This document shows positions 1 to 10,589 of a stretch of 26,758 nucleotides of DNA, piece after piece (position 1 is the stretch's first letter; the number at the start of each line of letters is the position of its first letter). The notes beneath the pieces are model-generated. The model saw only the letters and a list, made by a program, of their open reading frames with translations, was not told the origin of the DNA and did no database searches. The translations under genes were made by a program, and so were the position numbers. Source of the stretch: Octopus sinensis (Eukaryota). The stretch lies in NCBI RefSeq assembly GCF_006345805.1, contig NW_021834125.1, positions 1-26,758 on the forward strand, read 5' to 3'.

Positions 1-237
1 TAGTACACAGGCCACCGCAGACACACACTCATACGTACAAATAGAAAAAAGCACAAGTCCATATATCACAGGCTATAAACACACAGACACACACACACAC
101 ACACGCATAGATATAACCATATATGCAAAAGTTCCATACACACACACATACACACTTCCACACATGCGCACCAACATTCATGGACAGCTGACATATGCAT
201 ATGCATACTATACATACATACTTATGAATATATATAC

Positions 238-271
<34 letters not shown>

Positions 272-400
272 CATATATAATATTATATATATATATATAT
301 AATGTATAGCCATACACACACACCACACGCATCACACACACATACACACCATACACACACATACACACATAAGCACACACACACACATACACATGGACAC
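1..400. repeat. Mosaic (CA)n/(TA)n microsatellite region
   Basis: Interrupted acacac and atatat runs throughout. Confidence 0.95.
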
Positions 401-539
401 CTCTTCACACAGACGGCAGACATATAAACGTGTATTCTAGACGACAACGTCGACGTAAAAGAATAGAAAGAGACAAGGCAACGATCGGGGGCCTTTGAAG
501 CTTGAATAACAAGCGAGGGCGGCGGCAATGGCGGCGTCT

Positions 540-880
540 GAACAACAACAGCCACAACAATCACAACAACAACAAAAGCTATAGCAACAGCAACAACAAC
601 AACAGCAACGACAACAATAAAACAAGGATTATTACAACAGCATTTTTATCAATAGCAATGACAATGGAAAATATCAGTCGAAAGAATGGTTAATATTAAC
701 AATGGCAGATATAAACTGCTACACATAATATAAACCGTAATAAAACCGTAATGTTACAATAGTTAATAACAATAACAAGTAGTAGTAGTAGTAGTAGTTG
801 TAGTAATAGTAGTAGTGGCGGTGGTGGTTGTGGTGGTGGTTGTGGCGGTGGTGGTTGAAATCGTAATAGTAATAATAATC
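540..880. repeat. Degenerate trinucleotide tracts (AAC)n, (GTA)n, (GTG)n
   Basis: aacaacaac at 540-620; agtagtagt and ggtggtggt at 778-858. Confidence 0.9.
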
Positions 881-995
881 AGCGACAATGCATCATATTG
901 CTTAGAAAGCTCAATTTGTGTGAGTTCGTCTGAGAAATAAGTTTAGTTTTCACACAAAAGTTTTTCACGCACTTCTCTTTATAATTAGTTGTACG

Positions 996-1112
<117 letters not shown>

Positions 1113-1534
1113 GAAGATATACAGTTAATTTTACTTTTAGTGGTTTCAAGGCTTTTTTCTGTTGTTGTTATTGTTGTTAGTGGAGCCGATCATATCTTTT
1201 GTTTAAGAGTATACGTTTAAAAGAAGATTCTATCGAAACTTGTTTGTCGAACCGCTACTTTACGTTGTCAGCATAAAAAAACATAACAGTATTACACTAT
1301 AAGCTGCCAACAAATAAATACGCGTGTACACACACACGCATATATACACACACATATACGCGTGTACACACACAAACGCATGTGTGTGTGTGTGTGTGTG
1401 GTGGGGCGTGCGTGTTTGCGAGTGTATTTATTCTAGTTCCTCTAATCTCCAGAGTAAGATATGTTTTTAGCGCGAAATATCGACACTTTACCTTTCCTTA
1501 ATTGCACTTATATTTGTTGTTTGTACCTTCTCGA

Positions 1535-1822
1535 GCTCCGCCTGGCTCATAAGGGCCAGTTTCCCGGTTTCATTGGCGTATAGGTTCTCCACCTGGACGG
1601 GATTCCGGTCTGTCGCAGGTAAGCTGCCAAATGCAAGAGGAAAGAGTGAATGAAAGTTGTGGCAAAAGAGTCAGTAGAAGTTCGCCATTACCTCCTGCCA
1701 GACCTGTAAGGAGCTTATGTGTTTCGCTCATAAAAACACACATCGCCCGGCCTGAGGTTCAAACCTGTGATACCTCGACCGCGAGCCCGCTGCTCTAACC
1801 AATTGGCCCTTTGCCTTCACCG
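1535..1822 (-). mobile_element. tRNA-derived SINE (family C)
   Basis: Minus strand reads ...ggccaattggttagagcagcgggctcgcggtcgaggtatcacaggtttgaacctcagg (A-box/B-box-like head). Its tail gaaaccgggaaactggcccttatg resembles the tail at 4115-4150. Confidence 0.8.
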
Positions 1823-1874
1823 CGCTTATATTTACTTTCTTTTTATTTTAATATATTTAATTTAAGTTCAATAT

Positions 1875-1914
1875 ATGTAGGTATATGTAGGTATACCTAC
1901 ATATACATACACAT

Positions 1915-1977
<63 letters not shown>

Positions 1978-2012
1978 ATAGGTTGTGTATGTATGTATGT
2001 ATGTATGTGTGT
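1875..2012. repeat. (TACA)n/(TA)n/(TATG)n microsatellite
   Basis: Direct reading. Confidence 0.95.
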
Positions 2013-2072
2013 TTGAGTCATCATTTCCGGTGTCATGCAATTCGTTTTAATGTTTTCTAATTAGCTTAAGCT

Positions 2073-2175
2073 CAGACATGGCTGTCCTCTTAAGAAATTT
2101 GCTTCCTAACCACCAAGTTAACGTTCAGTCCCATTGCTTCCATTTTGGGCAATTGTCTTCTACTATAAAGCGTAG
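2073..2175 (+). mobile_element. Degenerate SINE head (family D)
   Basis: ttgcttcctaaccacc..gttcagtcccattgc..ttgggcaattgtcttctactata matches the copies at 2917-3052 (-), 23014-23135 (+) and 26030-26200 (+). Confidence 0.75.
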
Positions 2176-2179
2176 CCCC

Positions 2180-2516
2180 CACCCTCACCTTTCGGTCATG
2201 ATTGACCATGGAATTACACCTAGGAAGTTCTCTTCCAAGGCTGAAGTCTGGGGTAGGTTGTTTATGGAGGATCAGCAGTCGCTCATGAATACCAGCTTTC
2301 CCTCTTCAACCCACCAATGTTATCCAAGGGAAAGGCAAAGGGGCCGATACAGCTTGGCACCTGTGATGTCGCAACTCATTTCTACAGCTGAGTGAACGGA
2401 GCAATGTGAAATAAAGTGTCTTGCTCAAGAACACAACACACGGCCCGGTCCTGGAAACGAACTCACTACCCCATGATTGTGAGCCCGACTGTTTAACCAC
2501 TGAGCCATGCGCCTTC
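2180..2516 (-). mobile_element. tRNA-derived CORE-type SINE
   Basis: Minus strand: gaaggcgcatggctcagtggttaaacagtc...gtgagttcgtttccagg (tRNA-like head), then cttgagcaagacactttatttcacattgctccgttcactcagctgtagaaatgagt, which resembles the CORE/MIR domain. CORE-SINEs such as OR2 are known from octopus. Confidence 0.8.
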
Positions 2517-2519
2517 TGC

Positions 2520-2586
2520 TATAGCCCGTATCCAATCAATGCTTTGTGAATTGAATGCTTTGTAGACGGAAATTGAAAGAGGCCCG

Positions 2587-2624
<38 letters not shown>

Positions 2625-3215
2625 ACACACACACACACATGCGTGAGTTTGTGTTTTTCTCTAATTTTGTGGCTGTTCTCCTTAGATTGGGGTTGGTTTG
2701 TTCATTTATTCTTTTATACTTGAAGGTTTTACTCGAACAAATTGACTCCAGTACTTTGTTCCTAAGACTAATACATATTCTATCAGGGTCTTTTGTCAAT
2801 CGCTGGGTTACGGGGACGTAAACATACTAACACCGGCTATTAAGTGGTGATGGGGGACAAACACAGGCACATAGACACACACACACAACACACACACACA
2901 CACACATACATATATATGCGACGGGCTTCGTTCAGTTTCCGTCTACCAAATCCATTCACAAGGCTTTGGTGGGCCCAAAGCTATAGTAGAAGACACTTGC
3001 CCAAGGTGCCACGCAGTGGGACTAAACCTGGAACCATGTAGTTGGGAAGCAGTGTGCGTTTCTGTAACCTGGCTTTTCGGCAAAATGAGCCCGATAGAAT
3101 AATTAACAGACTTTAAGTAAGTAAGTACTGGGGTCGACTTGTTCTACTAAAGCCCTTCGAAGTGGTGCCCCAACCTCTAATGACTGGAATAAGTAACAGA
3201 TTAGAGATAAAATAT
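2520..3215. mobile_element. Cluster of family D SINE pieces: 2520-2640 (+), 2775-3052 (-), 3075-3215 tail (+)
   Basis: Shared blocks gtagacggaaactgaaagaagcccgtcg, tttacgtccccgtaac and ccgatagaataa..gtactggggtcga recur at 11075-11200, 23240-23390 and 26030-26200. Confidence 0.8.
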
Positions 3216-3712
3216 GAGAGCCAGGCTTAACTAGATTATAGGTCCAGGCATTTATTTGAACCTAATTCGAATAACTCAGTGATGTATAAGATGGCTTAGT
3301 CTTGGTTAAAACCGATTTAATTTGTGCTGCGATCACAGACAGCAAAATGTCTTCCAGTCACTGGTTTAAATCATAGGAATTTATTTACAAATTTCATCTC
3401 CGATGAAGATTTGCTTATTAACTAATTAATTTTAGTACACTAATATAGGAAACAAATGTACCGGAATCTGAAATTCCATGGTCTCTAATTCTTGGAAATG
3501 GTTAGAATGATTTGAGTATATGTGGTATTTGGTTGCTGTCAGTTTAACTCATCATGAAAAAGGGAAACTTCCTGAATCCTTTCATTCCTATCCAATCAAA
3601 GAGTCAGTTGTATGAGGCCTTGTGTTATTTCTTTTTATTCGACCTCTGACCTTTATCATTTGCCTTTTAATTAACCAATTAATTCTGCATAGATTTGGTG
3701 ACGAAGGTATGA

Positions 3713-4160
3713 AGGCGCATGAACCTAGTGGTTCGTGTGTTGCGCTCACGATCGCAGGCTAGTGGTTTCAATCCTCGGACCAGGCAGTGCGTTGTGTTCG
3801 TGGGAGTACGCCGGGCGAAATGCGTAGCCGTATTTCGTCTGTCTTTATGTTCTGAGTTCAAATTCCGCCGAGGTCGACTTTGCCTTTCATCCTTTCGGGG
3901 TCGATAAATTAAGTACCAGTTACGCACTGGGAGCGATATAATCGACTTAATCCGTTTGTCTGTCCTTGTTTGTCCCCTCTGTGTTTAGCCCCTTGTGGGT
4001 AGTAAAGAAATAGGTATACTTTATTTCATGTTGCCTCAGTCCACTCGGCTGTAAATAAGTTACCTTGCAACAGACTGGCATCTCATTCAGATGATAATGT
4101 TGTGCTCACGATCCCTTATAGGCCCCGGAAACCGGGTAACCAGCCCTATATATCCTCGGG
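3713..4160 (+). mobile_element. tRNA-derived CORE-type SINE (family B) split by a nested family A SINE
   Basis: 3713-3807 and 4018-4160 join into a sequence collinear with the uninterrupted copy at 16771-16930 (gttgtgttc..ag|acttcatttcacgtt..cagtccac). Confidence 0.8.
3808..4017 (+). mobile_element. Family A SINE, young subtype, 5' truncated
   Basis: cgccgggcgaaatgc..gttctgagttcaaattccgccgaggtcgactttgcctttcatcctttcggggtcgataaattaagtaccag..gggtagtaaagaaataggtat; near-identical to 20441-20672 and 22037-22270. Confidence 0.92.
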
Positions 4161-4380
4161 CAGTATTTATTTTGATGTTAAACAAACAATTGTGTGTTTT
4201 GAAATAATATTGACCAAAGTTATTCAATTATCCGGTATGAAATGCCTAACTACCTACATACAGGCATACGTCCACCCATCCACGCCCACCTCCACGTACA
4301 AGCTCCATTCCTGAGTTACGTATGAGAGTGCTTGTATTTGTGTTTTGGTATTTGCATTTCTCACCATTGTGTATGCACGT

Positions 4381-4425
<45 letters not shown>

Positions 4426-4515
4426 GGGCGTGTGTGTGTGAGAGTGTGTACTTGTGTGTGCACGTATGCGTGTGGGTATTTATGCTTTCTCTTCCTCGTC
4501 AGAGAAAGAGAAAGA

Positions 4516-4545
<30 letters not shown>
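4381..4545. repeat. (GT)n and (GA)n microsatellites
   Basis: Direct reading. Confidence 0.95.
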
Positions 4546-4549
<4 letters not shown>

Positions 4550-4640
4550 CGTAGATGGGGGTAATGTATTATTTAGAGAGCACCACACCCCTACCTCGTT
4601 ACTCATTCCCTCCCAACACAATTAAAGGGCCATACTGTTG

Positions 4641-4646
<6 letters not shown>

Positions 4647-4682
<36 letters not shown>

Positions 4683-4700
4683 TAATAATAATAATAATAT
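4647..4700. repeat. (TAA)n microsatellite
   Basis: Direct reading. Confidence 0.95.
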
Positions 4701-4857
4701 TTAATTTAACCTTAAAAAAAAATGAACGAACTATTGACTTTGGTTTAATGGCCTACCAATGTATACTATGAGTTTCTTTGCCCTAGGAGTCGGGAAGACG
4801 CTCGGCAAGAAATGAAAGCAAATTTGAAAGAAGAAGAAAAAAAAAATAATAAAATGA

Positions 4858-5830
4858 TAATAATAATAATAATCATAATAATGATAATCCTTTCTACTAA
4901 AGGCACTAGACCTCAAATTTTGGGGAAGGGGACTAGTCGATTACATCAACCTCAGTGGTACTTATTTTATCGATCCCGAAGGGATGAAAGGCAAAGTCGA
5001 CCTCGGCAGAACTTGAACTCAAATCGTAAAGACGGACGAAGTGTCGCTAAGCATTTCGCCCGGCGTGCTAACCTTTCTGCCAGCTCGCCGCCTTAATGAT
5101 GATAACAACAACAACAACAACAACAATAATAATAATTATTATCATTATTACTATTTCAATTTTTTTGCCACAAGGGCAACATGGGGAGAGGTGGGAATGA
5201 GTCGACTACATTTACTGCAATGTTCAACTGGTACTTATTTTATCGACCCTGAAGGATGAGAGGCAAAGTCGACTCCGGCGGGATTTGGACTCACAACGTA
5301 GCGAAATACCTATTTCTTTACTACCCACAAGGAGCTAAACACAGAGGGGACAAACAAGGACAGACAAGCGGATTAAGTCGATTACATCGACCCCAGTGCG
5401 TAACTGGTGCTTAATTTAATCGACCCCGAAAGGATGAAAGGCAAAGTCGACATAGGCGGAATTTGAACTCAGAACGTAGCTACGGCTGAAATACTGCTAA
5501 GCATTTCGCCCGGCGTGCTAACGTTTCTGCCAGTTCGCCATCTTTTAATAATAATAATAATAATAATAATGATCGTTTCAAATTTTGGCACCAGGCCAGT
5601 AATTTTGAGGTAGGGGTTAAAGTCGATTATATTGGCTCCAGTGTTCAACTGGTACTTTATTTTATCGAACACCGAAAGGCAAGATCGACTTTGGCGGAAT
5701 TTGAACTCAGAACATGAAGACGAGCAGAAATGCTTAGTAAAGCATTTTGCCCCGGCGAATGCTAGCAATTCTGTAGCGTAACAACAACGACAACAACAAC
5801 AGCTATTTCTTTATTAGCCACAAGGGCCAA
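4858..5830 (-). mobile_element. Head-to-tail cluster of four family A SINE units (4889-5095, 5165-5308, 5309-5542, 5575-5775) with (TAA)/(AAC) spacers
   Basis: Each unit carries the reverse complement of the family A core (gatgaaaggcaaagtcgac..gaatttgaactcagaacg; one copy lacks part of it); heads read ggcgagctggcagaa on the minus strand. Confidence 0.92.
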
Positions 5831-6506
5831 TAAACAAATTTACAATAGAATTCACATAATCGTTAAATAGGGGGTGGGGGCAGAAATAATAATAATAATA
5901 ATAATAATAATGATGATGGTGGTGGTAATGATAATGATGGTTGCAGTGGTGATTTTCTTTATTTGCTGTTGCTAGGGCGTCAGATGGGGAGGGGGACAAG
6001 GGGCTATATTTACATGATTATAGAGGGCAGACGGTGGGGTGGGATGCTCATGGGTGAAAAGAAAGGGTTGGATTGTGTGCCGCGTGAGTAAGGGTAGTGG
6101 AGTGGAGTGCGGTGTGACGCAGTGCCCCTTTCACCCCCTTAATAATACAATTAAGGAACGAACAGTCTACACACACACCCTCCACCCACTCTCACCGTTC
6201 TTTTATTTCCACCTCCCCTCTCCTCCCCCGCCACCGCCATTCACTACTTAATGTTATTAGGGTTAGTTATATAAACCCAATTACGGACCCCTAAATCCCC
6301 TTAACTCCACCACCGCCGCTACCACCTCGAGGTCGTCGTTCGTGTGACTCGACCGCAAATTGTGTAAAAAATAAGGGTTATAGAGTGTTAGTCGTGTTGG
6401 GGATTGGGGGTTGGAGGGGAAGAGTGGGAGACAGGAGGAGGAAGGAGAGATGGTGGTGGTGGTGGTGGTGGTGGTGGTGGTTAGACAGAGAGAAAGAGAG
6501 AGAGAC

Positions 6507-6807
6507 ATGGAGGGGTGATGCTGGGAGAGAGAGAGAGAAAGAGATGGAAAGTGCTTAGAGAGAGTGAAAGAGAGGGGTGATGCTTAGAAAGAGAGATGGA
6601 GAGAGAGAGAGAGAGAGAGGGACACAAGGAGAGAGAGAGACAAATAGACTGAGGGAATGTGCTTAGAGAGAGAGTGAGAGAGAGAGTGATGCTTAGAAAG
6701 AGAGAGAGAGGCAGAGAGAGAGAGAGAGAGAGGGACACAAGGAGAGAGAGAGACAATAGACTGAGGGAATGTGCTTAGAGAGAGAGTGAAAGAGAGGGGT
6801 GATGCTT

Positions 6808-6838
<31 letters not shown>

Positions 6839-6905
6839 TAGGCAAACAGACAGAGGGAAGGTGTTTAGAGAGAGAGTGAAAGAGAGAGGTAATGCTTAGA
6901 AAGAG
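6507..6905. repeat. (GA)n-based composite minisatellite, period about 113 bp
   Basis: gggacacaaggagagagagagaca..atagactgagggaatgtgcttagagagagagtga..gtgatgcttagaaag recurs at 6619 and 6732, with partial units on both sides. Confidence 0.9.
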
Positions 6906-7737
6906 AGGCAGGGAGTGAGACATACAGACAGACTGGGAGAGCTGGTGGTTTGTGGTCTTGAAGGGCGCATGCGTGTGTTTGCGTGTGTGTGAGTGTTGAG
7001 TGATAATGATGTGTGTGTGTGGTGTGTGTGTGTGTGTGTGAGGGAGAGATAGAGAGAGAGAGAGAGAGCGATAAATCATTGCTGGTAGTGGTGGGCGAAA
7101 GTGGAGAGGTGATGATGGTATGCTGTTGGTAAGAGAGATAGAGAAAGAGAGAGAGAGAGAAAGAGGGAGGGAGGAAAAGAGGTGGGTAATGGGAAGAGAA
7201 AAGAAATGGATTGTGGTTGGTGGTGGTAACGGTGGCGGCGTGTTGGGTATTGGCGGTGATGCTGGTGGGTGGGGTGGGGCGGTGGTGCATGCTTGCAGTA
7301 GTTGTAGGTGATTGTTGTTGTTGTTGGTGGTGGTGGTGGTGGTGGTGATGTGGGTGGTGTGTTTGTTTTGTAAAGAATTACAGTATAAGAACAAGTTCCC
7401 GGTTGCTGCTTCGATGCCTCTCTATCCACCCCCACCCCCACCTCTTCACCTCCCACTGCCTGCCGCTAACACCACCACCACCACCACCGTCGCCACCGTC
7501 GTCGCCACCACCATCACCGGCCTAATCGAATTATTTCAGCTCCGTCGATTGACAACCAAACGCTGAACCCTTTCACACCCTGCGAGCGCACACCTCCCCC
7601 TCCCCTGATCCTTACTCCACCCAAACATACCACATACCCCCCAACCCCTTTCATCCCCACCACTGCCGCTGCTGTCTTCGTCACCACCACCACCGCCGCC
7701 ATCATCATTTTTCTCTATAACCCAGCTAAAGGCGAAC

Positions 7738-7930
7738 CTGTATATGGCTGGTGGTTGTTCGCCATGCTAGAAATAGCTGCTAAATCGCCATCAAATCGCG
7801 TCCTTGCGTCGCAGAAAACAGTGAGTTCGATAACGCTGGGATAGGAAAATAGGAAGGGATGTCGTGGCTGGAACGACTTTAATGAAACACTGATCAATCT
7901 GGATTGACCTGGGGTTAAACACTACAACCA
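7738..7930 (+). mobile_element. Degenerate (AAC)-tailed interspersed repeat (family E), copy 1
   Basis: ctagaaatagctgctaaatc ... gtcgtggctggaacgactttaat ... ttgacctggggttaaacactacaacc; the same block order occurs at 8463-8780, and the first two blocks at 13085-13300. Confidence 0.7.
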
Positions 7931-7957
7931 CCTATCAACATTATCCTGAGCCATGAG

Positions 7958-8500
7958 AGAAATAGCAGCCAAATCTCCTTCATCATTATCCTGGCCTAGG
8001 TTGGAGCCTCTACTAGGTAGAAACAGTAGCAACATCTCCCTCAGTAATATTAACCTGACCGAGGGTGGAGCCCTCTGGGTACGAGAAATAGCAGCCAAAT
8101 CTCTCAGCAACATTATCCTGTCGAAGAATAGGGCCTGTACGTGCAAGAAATAGCAACCAAATCTCCCTCACAACGTTATCTTGACCGAAGGTGGAACCCT
8201 CCAGGTACAAGAAATAGCAGCCAAATCTCTCTCAGCAACATTATCCTGTCGAAGAATAGGGCCTGTACGTGCAAGAAATAGCAACCAAATCTCCCTCACA
8301 ACGTTATCTTGACCGAAGGTGGAACCCTCCAGGTACAAGAAATAGCAGCCAAATCTCTCAGCAACATTATCCTGTCGAAGAATAGGGCCTGTACGTGCAA
8401 GAAATAGCAACCAAATCTCCCTCACAACGTTATCTTGACCGAGGGTGGAACCTCTGGGTACGAGAAATAGCAGCCAAATTTCCCTCAGCAAATACCAGCC
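7958..8500. repeat. Minisatellite of nine 61-65 bp units with an alternating A/B higher-order structure (126-128 bp dimer x3)
   Basis: Units start with agaaatagca(g/a)ccaaatct at 7958, 8019 (variant), 8084, 8146, 8210, 8274, 8338, 8400 and 8463. Confidence 0.97.
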
Positions 8501-8780
8501 ACCGTATTAAAAAATAAGGATGGGCGTGGACCCATTAGGTAATACGAATCCAAATGTCTTTGGAAGGAAAAATAGCAGTAAATAGGGATGGGGGCATGGA
8601 GGGGGGGTAATTTGGCCCCCAAGGTTCCCCTTACATAAGGGTGGGGGGGCAAAAACTGGGAAAGTCACAGCTGGAATGTCTTTGATCATAAATTCATAAG
8701 CTCTTCATAATGGAGGGTTGACCTGGGGTTGAAACTGTAACAACGACAGCATCAACAACAATAACAACAACAACAAAGGC
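8463..8780 (+). mobile_element. Family E repeat, copy 2 body and (AAC)n tail
   Basis: gaaagtcacagctggaatgtctttgatcata and ttgacctggggttgaaactgtaacaacgacagcatcaacaac. Confidence 0.7.
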
Positions 8781-8832
8781 AACACATCCTGTCCCTTTGC
8801 AGCTCCTTTGATTCTGTGTAGATGTGGATGTA

Positions 8833-8864
<32 letters not shown>

Positions 8865-9119
8865 CATTCGTGATGTATGTATGTGTGTGTATCTTGTGTT
8901 ATATGTGTGTGTGTGTATGCGTGTATATAATCTTGTTATATATAAAAATATATTTATATGGGGTGGAGGTGAGGTGGGACTACTTAGCTAATAACGCCCT
9001 TTTTTTAGGGCTGGACAAGGTGTCATCACTATCTTTGACCCCTAAACTGTCTGTCTGTCTTTCCTTCCCTCTCGTTCACTCTGTCTCTTTTACACGCTCT
9101 TCCGCAGTTTTCATTCATC

Positions 9120-9120
9120 A

Positions 9121-9173
<53 letters not shown>

Positions 9174-9184
9174 CACCACCACCA

Positions 9185-9237
<53 letters not shown>
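9120..9237. repeat. (CTA)n microsatellite with an internal (CCA)n block
   Basis: Direct reading. Confidence 0.97.
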
Positions 9238-9238
<1 letters not shown>

Positions 9239-9349
9239 TCTGCCGGTTTCGTTGTTTATTGCTCGAATTATTTAGTGGTTGAATACGTTAATAAAACGTT
9301 AATTAGCAACAATTAGTAAACAGATCAATGGCGTCGATTAAACCCCCTT

Positions 9350-9537
9350 TGCGACATGGTGATCTCATATCAAGATAAACAGCACATGACCTTGCAGGTG
9401 GGGCTCAGTTAGAATTTTCTTCAGGTTGAGTAGCCCATCTCGCTCAAAAGGTCCCTGAATAAGGGTTGTTTAAGGATGTTGAAAGAACCACCCATGTTTC
9501 CAGAGGTGAATTATTCAAACACCAAAGAATCCCTCTC

Positions 9538-9595
<58 letters not shown>

Positions 9596-10038
9596 GAATG
9601 AGAGAGCAGCGCTTGCCATCAAAATGACACTGGGGTACAAATATATGAAGCTCAGTATACCCATCACGACTACTCATCTGATAAGGGTACACCAGGCGCA
9701 TGCGTCACAACCATATATGCGTGACATGGTGATCTCATGTCAAGATAAACAGCACATGACCTTGCAAGTGGGGCCCAGTTAGAATTTTCTTCTGGTTGAG
9801 TAACCCATCTCGCTCAAAAGGTCCCTGAGTAAGGGTTGTTTAAGGATGTTGAACGAAACTCCCATGCTTCCAGAGGTGAATTATCCAAACCCCAAAGAAT
9901 CCCTCTCAACACATGGCTATGAAGCTCCCACATTACTTCTGCTCAGGATCAGAGATGCACATGTCGTCAGCCACTAAGGGACATGCTCATCTGGTTATGG
10001 TCAAACAACTGACAAGCAAATCTGTGGTATTGAGCAGA

Positions 10039-10104
<66 letters not shown>

Positions 10105-10555
10105 GAATGAGAGAGCAGCGCTTGCCATCAAAATGACACTGGGGTACAAATATATGAAGCTCAGTATACCCATCACGACTACTCATCTGATAAGGGTACA
10201 CCAGGCACATGCGTCACAACCATATGTGCATGACATGGTGATCTCATGTCAAGATAAACAGTGCATGACCTTGCAGGTTGGGCCCAGTTTGAATTTTCTT
10301 CAAGTCAAGTAGCCCATCCCACTCAAAAGGTCCCAAAAAGTCGGTTTAAGGATGATAAACGAAACATCCAGAGGTGAATTATTAAAACCCCAAAGAATTC
10401 CTTTCAACGCATGGCTATGATGCTTCCCAACTACTCCTGCTTGTGATCAGAGATGCACATATCGTCAGCCACTAAGGGACATGCTCAACTGGTTAAGGTC
10501 AAACAACTGACAAGCAAATATGTGGTATTGAGCAGAATATTTGCTGCAGTCCATG
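9350..10555 (-). mobile_element. Three tandem copies of an (AAT)n-tailed retroposon or LINE 3' UTR (9350-9538, 9596-10038, 10105-10555) separated by (ATT)n
   Basis: Minus strand of the two longer copies ends ...ctgctctctcattc(aat)n; the body is collinear with 18408-18880 and 23445-23985. No RT-like translation recognised. Confidence 0.85.
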
Positions 10556-10589
10556 TTCTATACCAATTATTGTTATCATTGTTATGATC

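Noticed and set aside
528-584. ATG in good context starting MAASEQQQPQQSQQQQKL*
   Set aside because: Only 18 codons, running into an (AAC)n tract, with no splice donor evident.
1455-1512. Matches to the 5' ends of miR-190 (agatatgttt) and miR-92 (attgcactt)
   Set aside because: Only 9-10 nt match, with no full mature sequence or precursor hairpin.
7953-8491. Repetitive ORFs through the minisatellite (REIAAKS.. / REIWLLFL..) and a CRISPR-like look
   Set aside because: Monomer lengths of 61-65 bp shift frame repeatedly. The inter-repeat segments are themselves repeated (A/B), unlike unique CRISPR spacers, there are no cas genes, and the context is eukaryotic.
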